Shown: piece after piece, positions 1 through 9,772 of the stretch
Layout of the letters: every line of letters starts with the position of its first letter
How positions within the stretch are numbered: position 1 is the stretch's first letter
Assembly: GCA_965217775.1 (NCBI GenBank)
Contig: CBDCJH010000002.1
Span: forward strand, 5,376,001-5,440,000
DNA length: 64,000 nt
Direction of reading: 5' to 3'
Source: Acidobacteriota bacterium
Lineage (GTDB): Bacteria; Acidobacteriota; UBA6911; RPQK01; JAJDTT01
Made by a program: the position numbers and the translations under genes
The notes under the pieces: generated by a model
The model's input: only the letters and a program-made list of their open reading frames with translations
Databases searched by the model: none
What the model was told of the DNA's origin: nothing

Positions 1-657
1 CAGCCGGCCAACAACATCATCCGGACCACGTTGCAGGCGGTAGCCGCGGTGTTGGGGGGCACCAATTCCCTTCACACCAACGCTCTGGACGAGGCGTGGG
101 CGCTTCCCACCGAGGAGACGGCCAAGATCGCCCTGCGGACTCAGCAGGTTCTGGCCTACGAGTCGGGCCTCACCGCGAGCGTGGACCCCGCGGGCGGGTC
201 CTATTACCTGGAGAACCTCACCTGCCGGGTCGAGGATCAGGCAGTGGAGTACATGGACAGGATCGACGGGATGGGAGGAATGATCGACGCCATCGAGGCC
301 GGATACCCGCAGCGCGAGATCCAGGATGCCTCCTATCGGGAGCAACGCGCCATCGAGAAAGAGGACCAGGTGGTGGTCGGCGTGAACCGTTTCGTCACCG
401 ACGAGCCCGCCCGGCCGGAGATTCTCCGAATCGGTCCGGAAGTCGAGGAGGCTCAGGTCAGAAGCCTGCGGGTCCTGAGGCGGGAGCGGAACGAGGCGAG
501 CGTCAGCCGGGCCCTCCGCGACCTGTGCCAGGCCGCCAGGACCGACCGGAACCTGATGCCCCATCTGGTTCATGCGGTGCGGGAATATGCCACCGTGGGG
601 GAGATCTGTACCTCCCTGAAGGAGGTCTTCGGGGTCTATCAGGAGCCCTTGTTCTGA
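1..657 (+). CDS. Methylmalonyl-CoA mutase family, substrate-binding subunit (5' part outside window)
   Basis: [40 protein letters not shown] and ATVGEI motifs; frame open from base 1. Confidence 0.93.
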   Translation, partial: QPANNIIRTTLQAVAAVLGGTNSLHTNALDEAWALPTEETAKIALRTQQVLAYESGLTASVDPAGGSYYLENLTCRVEDQAVEYMDRIDGMGGMIDAIEAGYPQREIQDASYREQRAIEKEDQVVVGVNRFVTDEPARPEILRIGPEVEEAQVRSLRVLRRERNEASVSRALRDLCQAARTDRNLMPHLVHAVREYATVGEICTSLKEVFGVYQEPLF

Positions 658-670
658 GGTTTCAGCGCGA

Positions 671-1063
671 ATGAACAACCGAAGACTCAGGATCCTCATT
701 GCCAAGCCGGGGCTGGACGGACACGACCGGGGCGCCAAGATCGTGGCCCGCGCCCTTCGCGATGCCGGGATGGAGATCATCTATACCGGGTTGCGGCAGA
801 CTCCCGAGCAGATCGTGCAGGCTGCCATCCAGGAAGACGTGGACGCCATCGGACTTTCCATCCTCTCGGGTGCTCACGAGCACCTCTTCAATCGGATCAT
901 GCAGCTTCTGGCCGACCAGGATGCCCTGGACATCCTGGTCTTCGGAGGCGGCATCATCCCGGACGAAGACATTCCCGGCCTCAAGGAACTGGGTGTGGCC
1001 GAGATCTTTCAACCGGGATCCTCTACCCGGGACATCATCCGGTTTCTGAATCAGGCCGTCTGA
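671..1063 (+). CDS. Cobalamin-binding small subunit of split acyl-CoA mutase
   Basis: [12 protein letters not shown] (DxHxxG) B12-binding motif; directly follows the large subunit. Confidence 0.95.
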   Translation: MNNRRLRILIAKPGLDGHDRGAKIVARALRDAGMEIIYTGLRQTPEQIVQAAIQEDVDAIGLSILSGAHEHLFNRIMQLLADQDALDILVFGGGIIPDEDIPGLKELGVAEIFQPGSSTRDIIRFLNQAV

Positions 1064-1101
1064 ACCGGGTTCGGCCAGGCGGAAGAATCGGGGAATTCCG
1101 G

Positions 1102-2130
1102 TCAACCGGTTTCACGAAGGAGAGACCGCACCGCCTCCAATACGCGGGGGACGGTGATCGACCGGATGCACATGGGCTCCTGGTAGTGAAGACAGTAGTA
1201 ACCCGGGCAGGGAATGCAGGGGAGGTCGGATCGAATCAAGCGGTGGCGGGTCCCCCAGGGAGACCAGACCGGGGAGTCGGAAGACCCGAAGATGGCAACC
1301 AGGGGCTTGCCCAGGGCCGCGGCGATATGGGTCGTGCCCGTGTCGTTCCCCAGATAAAGGCGGCACAGCGAGGTCAGGGCGATGAACTGGTCCAGCGGAA
1401 ACGGCCCCATGAAATGGATCGAGGCCGGAGCGGTGTTCCTGAGATCCTCCAGGAGCGGCTCCTCGCCCGGACCCGCCGTGAAGAGGATTGCGTGCCCCTC
1501 GGCCTCCAGCAGTGCCGCGATCTCCGCATACCTCGCCGATTCCCATTGCTTGGTGTCGAATGCGGCGCCTGGATGAATCAGGATGAAGCCCTCCTCGATG
1601 GCGCGCCGGGCCAGGAGCTTCCGAACCTGGTCCAGGGCCGCGGTCCCGACCGGGACCTGGAGCGGAGGCAGGGGCTCTATCTCGAATCCAAGATATTTGA
1701 GGGGCGAAAGCTGGTGCTCGACGGTGTGGATTGAATCCTTGCCCCAGATCCGACGCGAATCGGGAACGGATCGGTTATAGAAGCGGCGGCTGCGGCTGCT
1801 GGCGTAGCCGAGGCGCACGGCCGCCCCCGAAAGGGCGGTGATGAGAGCGCTGGTGGTCCCGCCGTGGAGGTCGACCGTCAGGTCCGGAGAGAAACTTCGG
1901 GCCGCCCGAATGGCCAGGCTCCGGGTCATGAGCTTGGATCGGCCGCGGGGGATGGTAATGATCCGGTCCACGTCGGGATTGTTCGCCAGCACCTCGTGAA
2001 ACGGCGCTTCCAGGAGCACGGCCACGCGGGTGCCGGGGTTTCGTTTGAGGACCGTGAGAGCCGGGGTCATCAGGACCGTGTCCCCCAGAGAGCGCAGGCG
2101 CACCAGCAGGACGCGGGAACGGCGGGTCAT
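1102..2130 (-). CDS. Glycosyltransferase family 9 (LPS heptosyltransferase-like)
   Basis: LRSLGDTVLMTP, HPGA..TKQW and GNDTGTTHIAAA motifs. Confidence 0.9.
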   Translation of the reverse strand: MTRRSRVLLVRLRSLGDTVLMTPALTVLKRNPGTRVAVLLEAPFHEVLANNPDVDRIITIPRGRSKLMTRSLAIRAARSFSPDLTVDLHGGTTSALITALSGAAVRLGYASSRSRRFYNRSVPDSRRIWGKDSIHTVEHQLSPLKYLGFEIEPLPPLQVPVGTAALDQVRKLLARRAIEEGFILIHPGAAFDTKQWESARYAEIAALLEAEGHAILFTAGPGEEPLLEDLRNTAPASIHFMGPFPLDQFIALTSLCRLYLGNDTGTTHIAAALGKPLVAIFGSSDSPVWSPWGTRHRLIRSDLPCIPCPGYYCLHYQEPMCIRSITVPRVLEAVRSLLRETG

Positions 2131-2333
2131 CCCCCAGCTTGTTCGGTCGCGGACGGACCTTCCGGCGGTTCGATGCTGGCCTCGTCGATGAGCATCACCG
2201 GGATATCGTCACGGATAGGATAGACTCGGAAACAGGCACCGCACCTCAATCCGTTGCCGTCTGCAGTCGGGATCACCTCGGTCTTGCAGACCGGGCAAGC
2301 CAGGATCTCCAGCAACTCCGGGTTGATTGCCAT
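2127..2333 (-). CDS. Trm112-like (UPF0434/YcaR) protein
   Basis: LLEILACPVCK...LRC..C.RVYPIRDDIPVML; 4-bp overlap with GT9 gene. Confidence 0.92.
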   Translation of the reverse strand: MAINPELLEILACPVCKTEVIPTADGNGLRCGACFRVYPIRDDIPVMLIDEASIEPPEGPSATEQAGG

Positions 2334-2450
2334 CGGCTAAGACTACCGGCTGGAACTCGCCGGGGTCAATCCGGCGCGGCCCAGGACCTTCCTCATTTTT
2401 CTGGGGGTTCGGGAGAACAGGGGAAGCAGGTTTGAACGAGGATCGCGACG

Positions 2451-2614
2451 TAACAGTCCGTGGTGAAAGTCCCGCGAGCACCGAGACCGTTCCTGCGCCC
2501 GCCGGACAAGGCGCGATTCGGGTGCATACCGGGAGTATGTGCCCGAATCGCAACGCCGTCCGCCGGGATGCAGGGACGGTCGAATGCCGTGATGACTTTT
2601 GCCACGGGCTGGTA
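2451..2614. mobile_element. 164-bp MITE-like element, copy 1
   Basis: Imperfect terminal inverted repeats TAACAGTCCGTGGTGAAAGT / ACTTTTGCCACGGGCTGGTA; near-identical inverted copy at 47203-47366. Confidence 0.85.
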
Positions 2615-2695
2615 GGGACACCCCTTGCGGGTGACCGCTCCCGTCCCTCACTGATCGACCCGGGGAGGGCGACCACACACAAGGGTCGCCCTTAC
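2612..2695. repeat. Pair of inverted GTAG-type REP palindromes
   Basis: GTAGGGACACCCCTTGCGGGTGACC (2612-2636) and GGGCGACCACACACAAGGGTCGCCCTTAC (2667-2695); related to 36221 and 40324. Confidence 0.7.
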
Positions 2696-2706
2696 GCGGC
2701 CCGCGG

Positions 2707-2768
2707 GGAAAAGGGGACAGTCTATTTTTCCGGGACGCACAGGAAAAGGGGACAGTCTATTTTTCCGG
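2707..2768. repeat. Perfect 27-bp direct repeat, two copies
   Basis: GGAAAAGGGGACAGTCTATTTTTCCGG at 2707-2733 and 2742-2768, 8-bp spacer. Confidence 0.9.
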
Positions 2769-2785
2769 TACGGGAGAAATGGCAG

Positions 2786-3556
2786 ATGAAACGTTATACG
2801 TTCCGTGATACCAACCCGGCTGAAGTGAGACTTGTCCTTCTCGCGAAGGTCTTCGAGCCGGAGATGCGAGGGCTTCTGGCAAGGCTCCCCAAAAGGCCGT
2901 TTCAGTTCGGTCTCGATCTCGGTAGTGGCCCCGGATTCACGACGCGACTTCTCATGGATGTCGTCCAACCGTTGCGCGTTGTGGGAATGGACATATCCGG
3001 GAGTTACGTGCGATCGGCTCGGACCAGATTTCCAGATCTCGAGTTCGTGGTGCACGACGTGACGCAGACACCGTTTCCCATCGAGAGCCCGGATTTGATC
3101 ATTGCCCGGCTGTTACTGGCCCATCTTTCGGGTCCCGTGGGAATTCTGGAAGCGTGGGCCAATGAATTGGCTCCCCGGGGCTTGGTTGCCGTCGCTGAAG
3201 TGGAGTTCATCAAGACCGAACATCCCGTATTCTCGACCTACCTGTCCGTTGTGGAGAGCTTGATTGCCGACAGCGGTGGAACGCTCTACCTGGGCCCGCG
3301 CCTGGCCGCCGCTCATCCCAAGAAGTTGCGGCGACTGTCGGATGAGGTCTACAGGGCGCCCGTATCTACGGGGGACGCCGCGAAAATGTTCTCGCTTAAC
3401 TTGAGCGTCTGGAGGTCAGACCGTTTCGTCGTCGACAATTACGAAACAAGTTTTCTGGATGTCCTCGCCCGCCGACTCGAACAGCATCAGGCTCAGACCT
3501 GCAGGGACAGGATCGAATGGGGGATACGCCATATCGTGTATGAACGTCTCGATTGA
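2786..3556 (+). CDS. Class I SAM-dependent methyltransferase
   Basis: LDLGSGPGFTT motif I; start moved to ATG 2786 because the upstream part of the ORF is MITE and repeat sequence. Confidence 0.85.
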   Translation: MKRYTFRDTNPAEVRLVLLAKVFEPEMRGLLARLPKRPFQFGLDLGSGPGFTTRLLMDVVQPLRVVGMDISGSYVRSARTRFPDLEFVVHDVTQTPFPIESPDLIIARLLLAHLSGPVGILEAWANELAPRGLVAVAEVEFIKTEHPVFSTYLSVVESLIADSGGTLYLGPRLAAAHPKKLRRLSDEVYRAPVSTGDAAKMFSLNLSVWRSDRFVVDNYETSFLDVLARRLEQHQAQTCRDRIEWGIRHIVYERLD

Positions 3557-3642
3557 CCGAAACACGGCGGTGACGTCCATGGTCACGAGCCGGTGACCTC
3601 ATTGAGGTTGTCCCAATCCGTCATGCCAGGTGGAGGGACCGG

Positions 3643-4206
3643 TCAGCTTCCCAGTTCTGCCGTCACCAGCTTGAGGTGCCGGGCTCCGTGGCTGTGCAGC
3701 CGGCTCTCGAAAAGGTGGATCCGGCGGACACGGAATGAAACCGGACTCGGCCGGTCCGCATCCTGGTCGAGAAAGCCCGACAGCCGTTTCAGATTCCGGG
3801 AAGACTTGAGTCGCAGCAGGGTCAAGTGAGGTCTGAACTTCTTTTTGTCCCGGTCGAATCCCAGTTGTTGCAGCTCGTGTTCCAGGAGATGTCGCAGACG
3901 TGCCAAATCCCCGTCTCCGGAGATCCCGGCCCAGACGACTCGAGGCCGTTTCCGGCTGGGGAAGGCTCCCAGGCTCCCGACCGCCAGTGGGAAGGGCCGG
4001 ATCTGGCGCGCACAACGCCGAATCGCGTCGCCAAGCCCGGGAACTCGACTTGCCTCGACGTTGCCCAGGAATCGAAGGGTCAGGTGAATGGACGAGACCG
4101 GGGCCAGCCTGGCGTCCGGATCCAAGGAGCCGAGAGCGGCCGAGACGGAGTTCAAATGGTTCTTGACTTCCGCGGGGACTTCGACGGCGATGAAGGCGCG
4201 GATCAC
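3643..4206 (-). CDS. thpR: RNA 2',3'-cyclic phosphodiesterase
   Basis: IRAFIAV, HLTLRFLG and FRPHLTL 2H motifs; GTG start overlaps the CinA stop (GTGA). Confidence 0.92.
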   Translation of the reverse strand: MIRAFIAVEVPAEVKNHLNSVSAALGSLDPDARLAPVSSIHLTLRFLGNVEASRVPGLGDAIRRCARQIRPFPLAVGSLGAFPSRKRPRVVWAGISGDGDLARLRHLLEHELQQLGFDRDKKKFRPHLTLLRLKSSRNLKRLSGFLDQDADRPSPVSFRVRRIHLFESRLHSHGARHLKLVTAELGS

Positions 4207-4733
4207 GTCAAATGCCTTCGGATCCAGTCCAGGGCGATACGGCATGCCTCCAACCGGATCGCCTCGCGGTCGCCCTCCAGCAAGAGTTTTCGGGCGCGAG
4301 TTTCCGTGCAATCGGAAAGGCCGAGATAGACCAGGCCCACCGGCTTTTCCGGGCTTCCCCCGGAGGGGCCCGCGATCCCGGTCACCGAAATGCCCAGATC
4401 GGCCCCGCTCCAACTCCGGACTCCCCGGGCCATCTGACATGCGACCGGCTCGCTGACCGCGCCCCATCGATCCAAGGCTGCCGGATTCACCTTGAGATGC
4501 CGGATCTTGAGAGCGTTGCTGTAACTGATGATTCCGCCCTGGTAGAAGTCGGAGCTGCCCGGAATGTCAGTCAAGAGCTTGCCCAGGTAGCCTCCCGTGC
4601 ATGACTCGGCGGTGGCCAGGGTCTTCCCCTGCCGTCTCAGCAAGCGTCCCACCACCGACTCGAGGGGTTCCTCCTCGAGGGTTCGATTCACGGTCTTCGG
4701 CGCTGATCTCATGCCATGCCGGGCGTCCGTCAT
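4203..4733 (-). CDS. pncC: CinA C-terminal domain / NMN amidohydrolase
   Basis: ATAESCTGG, GAVS and TGIAGPSGG..KPVG motifs. Confidence 0.88.
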   Translation of the reverse strand: MTDARHGMRSAPKTVNRTLEEEPLESVVGRLLRRQGKTLATAESCTGGYLGKLLTDIPGSSDFYQGGIISYSNALKIRHLKVNPAALDRWGAVSEPVACQMARGVRSWSGADLGISVTGIAGPSGGSPEKPVGLVYLGLSDCTETRARKLLLEGDREAIRLEACRIALDWIRRHLT

Positions 4734-4737
4734 CGAC

Positions 4738-5211
4738 CTACGACGGAGAAACGAAAGCGTAGACGATCCTCAGCAGCAGACCCGCGTAGAGGCCGGCGAT
4801 CAGGTCGTCACAGACGATTCCCATGCCTCCCCGGAGTCGTTCCACTTGCTTGATGGGATAGGGTTTCAGAATGTCGAAGACGCGAAATGCCACGAAGCCC
4901 ATGACCAGGAACGTCCATGAAAACGGAACCCAGAGAAGGCAGAAAATCTGTCCGACGACCTCATCGATGACGACGTGCGAAGGGTCGGGCTCAGCCTCCC
5001 GGCGGGCGACGCGTGCCGAGGCCCAGATGCTGACCGGTAGCAGCAGCACCAGGGCCGCGCCGAGCTGCAGCGTTGCCGAGTCGGAAGCCCGGTGCAGCAG
5101 GGCGACGGCTCCGGCTGTGACCAGCGACGCGAATGTCCCGGGGATGTACGGGACGTACCCAAGACCGAGCGCGGTGCCCAGAGCGTTGGCAAGATGACCG
5201 TTGTCACGCAT
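4738..5211 (-). CDS. pgpA: Phosphatidylglycerophosphatase A
   Basis: PGTFAS, DPSHVVIDEVVG, FRVFDILKP and DDLIAG motifs. Confidence 0.93.
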   Translation of the reverse strand: MRDNGHLANALGTALGLGYVPYIPGTFASLVTAGAVALLHRASDSATLQLGAALVLLLPVSIWASARVARREAEPDPSHVVIDEVVGQIFCLLWVPFSWTFLVMGFVAFRVFDILKPYPIKQVERLRGGMGIVCDDLIAGLYAGLLLRIVYAFVSPS

Positions 5212-5377
5212 TCTTTTCTTCCGTGTCCTTCCCAGTCAGTGGGACGATTCGATATTCCCCACCCAGCCAACGGCCCAGGTCCACGAACCTGCAGCGCTCA
5301 CTGCAGAAGGGAAATTCGGGGTCATTCCTTTTCACGTTTCGTTTACAGATGGTGCATTTGGAGATTTCTCGACTCAT
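5204..5377 (-). CDS. yacG: DNA gyrase inhibitor YacG (57 aa, absent from ORF track)
   Basis: Hand translation MSREISKCTICKRNVKRNDPEFPFCSERCRFVDLGRWLGGEYRIVPLTGKDTEEKNA shows CxxC...PFCSxRCxxxDLGxW; upstream GGAAGG; overlaps pgpA start. Confidence 0.92.
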   Translation of the reverse strand: MSREISKCTICKRNVKRNDPEFPFCSERCRFVDLGRWLGGEYRIVPLTGKDTEEKNA

Positions 5378-5425
5378 GTCGAGGACCTTCCATTCGAACC
5401 TGTCCTCCGGCGCGAAAACAAATTC

Positions 5426-7486
5426 TCAGATGCCGCCTGGACGCCGAAGTGAATCCAGGGAAATACGAATTTCCGCCAGTTCGGAAGAACTGGGATTCAG
5501 CCCGCCGAAGCGATTTCTATAGTAGATCTCCGTCAGCCTCTGGGGCACGGTACTCTTCAATACGCCACTGATTCTGCCTGCGAATTCTCCTGGGGTCTCG
5601 GACCTCTTCCGGACCAGCCCCCGTCCCTCCAAAATCTGAACCAATTCCAGATAGTAGTCGGGTATCAACGTGGCAGAACGCCGGGCCCATCTCCGGCCGG
5701 TCCACCCCGTCCGGATCCTCCTCCAGAACCGCGGACCGGTCCGAACCAGGAGCAGTGCCGAAACCAGAATGGCCGCCGCCGCGAGTCCCGCCCGTTGCCA
5801 AGTGACTCCCGAGACCCACTCGGACCAGATGGCCACTGTGCGCCTCCGCGAGCTGTCCCAGCCGTCTTTCCAGGAATCGCCCAGCGTCTGGAACAAGCCG
5901 TACTGTTTCAGGTGGTCGAAGGTCACCACATCCAGCCACGCCAGATCGATGGCGTCCAGCAACTCGCGGAGAGCGGCAAGAACCGGAAGAGCGGCGCCGG
6001 CGGAGACTGCTGGCGTGGCGTCGAATTCGATCCACTCCCGTCCCGGGAAATAGGCTTCGACCCAACTGTGGGCATCCGAGTGGCGGACCACGAAGTAACC
6101 GTTCCACCGGTTGTAGTCTCCCCGCTTGAAGCCGTTGACCACCCGGGTCGGAATACCCAATGTTCGCAGCAGGACGGCTTGGGCTGTGGCGAAATACTCG
6201 CAGTGTCCCGCCCGCGACTCGAACAGGAAATCGTGGAGCGGGTCGCGGCTAGCCGCCGAGGAGTTTTTGAGAGAGTACTCGTAGTTCTCCTTCAAGAACT
6301 GTTCGACCATAAAGGCTTGGTGGATGGGATCGGTGATTCCTGCGGTAATGCGCCGGGTCAGACGGCCGACCTCCGGGTCCAGCTCGGGGAGCTGCAGATA
6401 GTGTCGCCCTGGAGCCTGGAGGTAGACTGGAACGGGAGCTTGGGAGAGTTTCTGGTTTCGGGTCATCACGTCGGAGAAGACGGTGTACGTCCTGACTCCG
6501 GCGCCGGCCGTCCTGAAGGACCGGTTCCCGTCCTGGAAAACGTAAGGCCGGTGGAGCCGCCCGGAAATCAGAATGATGTCCGGGAGCCCGAACAACACTC
6601 GGGTCAGTGGCTCTTGGTGGATGGTCTGGCGGATCAGGAACTCCTCCTGCCGGCGCCTGCCGGCCACCAGAAACCCCTGATAGCGATCGTCCCGGACGAC
6701 CTGCCTGAGGCCCCGGGTACTGGACCATGTCTTTCCGTCGTAGTGATCGAAGGCGATGCCCCTCCACTTCAGCTCCGGAGGTATCCGGTGCGGTGGCTTG
6801 TCCACCTTGATTCGCAGCACCACCTCCTCGTTGATGAGGATCTCTCCCATTTCGCCCAGGCTGACTTTCTCGGAGAATCCGCTCAGATGGCCTGAAACGC
6901 GCTTTGGCGGCAACACTCCCAGGGTCCCCCGGGGAATGACCACGAAGATGGGGACCGAAACCACCGCCAGCAGCAACGTAATGAGAAGGGCAGTCGACAG
7001 GTGCCCGCGAAGTGCGAGGTTGAGCCCGCGAGTCTTCTCATAGGGATCCTTGCTCTCCAGCAACATGAGCACCAGCACGGCCAGGAAAAGGAACAGCAGG
7101 ACCCAGACCGGAAATACGACGGAGATGGTGGCGGTGGATGCAATCAGGACGAAAGCAAAGGAGATGAACAGCAGCAGGAGGTAATCGCGCTTCGTACGGG
7201 CGCTGCAGAGCCTCACCAGACTAACGAGCATGAGCAGATGGGCCGTCGCCGGAATGAACGGGGAAAAGGCCACGGCATCGACGACGAACAGGGCCAGCAG
7301 GATGCCGAAGACGATGCCTTGAACGGCGCCGTCCAGCCGGATTCGGGGCAGGAATCGAGTCGTGGCCAGGCAGGCGAGGTAGCCGAGCAACATCCCGCCG
7401 CCGATTTCGCCGGACGAGTAGAGTGTCGACACGCCGGTCACCTGGAGTCCGTAGCTGGTCAGATGCAGGGCCGTCTTGAACCGCAT
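5426..7486 (-). CDS. DUF3488/transglutaminase membrane protein (TgpA-like)
   Basis: N-terminal transmembrane segments; GHCEYFATA, AHSWVE and FDATP transglutaminase triad. Confidence 0.9.
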   Translation of the reverse strand: MRFKTALHLTSYGLQVTGVSTLYSSGEIGGGMLLGYLACLATTRFLPRIRLDGAVQGIVFGILLALFVVDAVAFSPFIPATAHLLMLVSLVRLCSARTKRDYLLLLFISFAFVLIASTATISVVFPVWVLLFLFLAVLVLMLLESKDPYEKTRGLNLALRGHLSTALLITLLLAVVSVPIFVVIPRGTLGVLPPKRVSGHLSGFSEKVSLGEMGEILINEEVVLRIKVDKPPHRIPPELKWRGIAFDHYDGKTWSSTRGLRQVVRDDRYQGFLVAGRRRQEEFLIRQTIHQEPLTRVLFGLPDIILISGRLHRPYVFQDGNRSFRTAGAGVRTYTVFSDVMTRNQKLSQAPVPVYLQAPGRHYLQLPELDPEVGRLTRRITAGITDPIHQAFMVEQFLKENYEYSLKNSSAASRDPLHDFLFESRAGHCEYFATAQAVLLRTLGIPTRVVNGFKRGDYNRWNGYFVVRHSDAHSWVEAYFPGREWIEFDATPAVSAGAALPVLAALRELLDAIDLAWLDVVTFDHLKQYGLFQTLGDSWKDGWDSSRRRTVAIWSEWVSGVTWQRAGLAAAAILVSALLLVRTGPRFWRRIRTGWTGRRWARRSATLIPDYYLELVQILEGRGLVRKRSETPGEFAGRISGVLKSTVPQRLTEIYYRNRFGGLNPSSSELAEIRISLDSLRRPGGI

Positions 7487-7490
7487 TGCG

Positions 7491-8765
7491 TCAAATCCGC
7501 AAGTAGTCTATGGCCACCGATCCTGGTGGGATCCACCGATGGCCCGCGGCAACCACGATGCCGTTTCGCGCCGCCGTATGCTGGAAGGCCTCCGGATGGC
7601 GGCTCATTGGCTGGACCAGCGCCAGGCACTCCATGAACCTCTCGTAGCCGTTCCTGCGGCCGTCGATGAGAGCCTGGGTCTCTCCGCAAGTGAAACGGAA
7701 CTTTTGGCCCGTTCGCCAGTAATGGTCTCCCAGGGCCGCCACACAAGAGACCCCCTTCTCGAACTGTTTCAGGTTGTGGGGAGAGGGTTTATTCAGATCG
7801 GGATGAAACGTCAGATCGATCAGGTTCTGATTCTCGGCGACGAAGTCCCGGACCATGAGCTGATCCAATCTGGCCGTTGATTTCCAGTCCACCAGGCGGG
7901 CGCTGTCACCGCTCTGATACCTTCGGATCCCATAGAGACTGTCACCCTGGCCTCTCAGGTTCAGGGCCTCCGCCCCTTGCAGCTCGGGATAGATGAAGAA
8001 CAGGGTTTGCAGATTCAACAGCGCGGGGTAGACCAGGATGGAGCCTTGGGTCCGCAACATTCGCTTGCGCTGAAAGAGGCCGAAGGGGAACCTGGTGCCG
8101 ATTTCGAAGCCATCGACCGGATAGGAGCCGCGACGGCGGAACAGGCACTTCAAGGTCAACTTCAGGTCGGAACGGACGCCGATATAGGGAAAGACCTTCT
8201 CTCGGGTAAAGAAATCCGTCGCCGGTTCCGGATCTTTTTCCTGGTTTTGGCGGCCTCTAAGCTTCAGAGCGAAGGACGGAATCCAACGCTTCAAGTTATG
8301 CAGAGTGACGAAACAGGTCGCGGTGTCCTGGGCCCGGATCGTCTCCGGCACGCTGATGCTCACCTTCAACCCGTGCAGGACCAACGCGGACAGCGGGCCC
8401 GAAACCAGCAGTGCGGCCAGGAGAAGTGAGAGCAGTAGAACCAGCAGGTTGTTGCCCGAGTTCATGGAGGAGAATCCCAAAACGGTCACCAGCAGGAGGA
8501 AGAAGGCCCCACGATGAGTGATGGACAGCGTGGGAATTCTCTCCCGCAGATCCCTCCGGTAACGTGACAGGACGTAGGGCGCCAGGGTCACGGCGGCCAG
8601 CGCGGCAAAGATCAGTGAGACCAGGGCCGGAAAAGCTGCGGCATGGCTCTGACCGGTCCAGCGCGCCAGGGCGCTCAGAGCGGCCAGCACCGCCGCGGAC
8701 ACCAGTAGAATCAGTGGCCAGACGATTTCTCCCCGGGCCCACTTCAGCCTGACCCGCCGAATCAT
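7491..8765 (-). CDS. DUF58 domain protein
   Basis: NSGNNLL, FPFGLF and IRRYQSGD..RLVDWKSTAR motifs; start at MIRRVR overlaps moxR stop. Confidence 0.88.
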   Translation of the reverse strand: MIRRVRLKWARGEIVWPLILLVSAAVLAALSALARWTGQSHAAAFPALVSLIFAALAAVTLAPYVLSRYRRDLRERIPTLSITHRGAFFLLLVTVLGFSSMNSGNNLLVLLLSLLLAALLVSGPLSALVLHGLKVSISVPETIRAQDTATCFVTLHNLKRWIPSFALKLRGRQNQEKDPEPATDFFTREKVFPYIGVRSDLKLTLKCLFRRRGSYPVDGFEIGTRFPFGLFQRKRMLRTQGSILVYPALLNLQTLFFIYPELQGAEALNLRGQGDSLYGIRRYQSGDSARLVDWKSTARLDQLMVRDFVAENQNLIDLTFHPDLNKPSPHNLKQFEKGVSCVAALGDHYWRTGQKFRFTCGETQALIDGRRNGYERFMECLALVQPMSRHPEAFQHTAARNGIVVAAGHRWIPPGSVAIDYLRI

Positions 8766-9724
8766 CAGACCGGGACCTCGACCTGGTCCACGAGATCCGC
8801 AATGATCGATTCGGCTTCCTGGGTCTTTTCCAGAGGCGAGGCGTGTCTGGGACTGACCAGGACGCGGTGGGAAAATACGGGCACCACCAAGCGTTTGACG
8901 TCGTCCGGGATGCAGTAGGATCTGCCCCGGAAATAGGCTAGCGCCTGAGCCGCCCGATACAGGAACATGGCGCCCCGGGTGCTCACTCCCAGGGCCAGAA
9001 GTTCGCACTCCCGGGTGGCCCTCACCAGGGTCATGAGGTATTGCAGGAGCGTCTCTTCGAACCGCACTTCCTGAACCTCTTCCTGGCCCCTCAACAGATC
9101 CTCGGTGCTGACGACCGGATCGAGATCGGAGGTCTCATATTGCCCCTGCGAGCGCAGGATCTCCGTTTCGTGAGACTGGCTGGGGTAGCCCATGGAGATG
9201 CGCATGAGAAACCGGTCCAATTGGGACTCCGGAAGCGGATAGGTCCCGTGGTGTTCCGTCGGGTTCTGGGTGGCAATCACCATGAAAGGCTGAGGCAGCA
9301 GGTGGGTGTGGTTGTCCACCGTGATCTTCGCCTCGCTCATGGCTTCCAGCAGAGCGCTCTGAGTCCTGGGCGTAGTGCGGTTGACTTCGTCGGCCAGCAC
9401 CACGTTGGCAAACAGCGGGCCCGGCCGGAACTCGAATTCTCGGCGCACCTGGTTGAAGACCGAGATCCCGGTAAGGTCCGAGGGGAGCAGGTCGCTGGTG
9501 AACTGGATGCGCTGGAAGCGGCAGTCGACGGAACGCGCCAGGGCGTGAGCCAAGGTGGTCTTGCCGACGCCGGGGACGTCCTCCACCAGCATGTGTCCCC
9601 GGGCCAACAGGGTCACCACCGCCAACTCCACGACGTCGGATTTGCCCTTGATGACCCGTTCCACCGAGTACTGGAGGGCCTTGAATCTCTCCGTCAGACT
9701 GGCGATTCCGGCACCGTTCGACAC
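8765..9724 (-). CDS. moxR: MoxR family AAA+ ATPase
   Basis: EDVPGVGKT, RIQFTSDLLPSD, DEVNR, ATQNP and LPESQLDRF motifs. Confidence 0.95.
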   Translation of the reverse strand: MSNGAGIASLTERFKALQYSVERVIKGKSDVVELAVVTLLARGHMLVEDVPGVGKTTLAHALARSVDCRFQRIQFTSDLLPSDLTGISVFNQVRREFEFRPGPLFANVVLADEVNRTTPRTQSALLEAMSEAKITVDNHTHLLPQPFMVIATQNPTEHHGTYPLPESQLDRFLMRISMGYPSQSHETEILRSQGQYETSDLDPVVSTEDLLRGQEEVQEVRFEETLLQYLMTLVRATRECELLALGVSTRGAMFLYRAAQALAYFRGRSYCIPDDVKRLVVPVFSHRVLVSPRHASPLEKTQEAESIIADLVDQVEVPV

Positions 9725-9730
9725 GCGCGT

Positions 9731-9739
9731 ATGATAGCA
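9731..9739 (-). promoter_or_regulatory. Extended -10 element (TGCTATCAT), leaderless-type promoter of moxR operon
   Basis: 6 nt upstream of GTG start; no SD sequence. Confidence 0.6.
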
Positions 9740-9772
9740 GTCCGTGGCGATAGTCGCTGAGTCCCGGCAGCG

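Noticed and set aside
2707-2768. 27-bp direct repeat as a mini CRISPR
   Set aside because: Only two units, 8-bp spacer, no cas genes.
2327-2785. N-terminal extension of the 409-aa methyltransferase ORF
   Set aside because: It reads through MITE, REP and direct-repeat DNA; the plausible start is ATG 2786.
5426-9724. moxR-DUF58-transglutaminase triad as a novel system
   Set aside because: Well-known conserved gene cluster.
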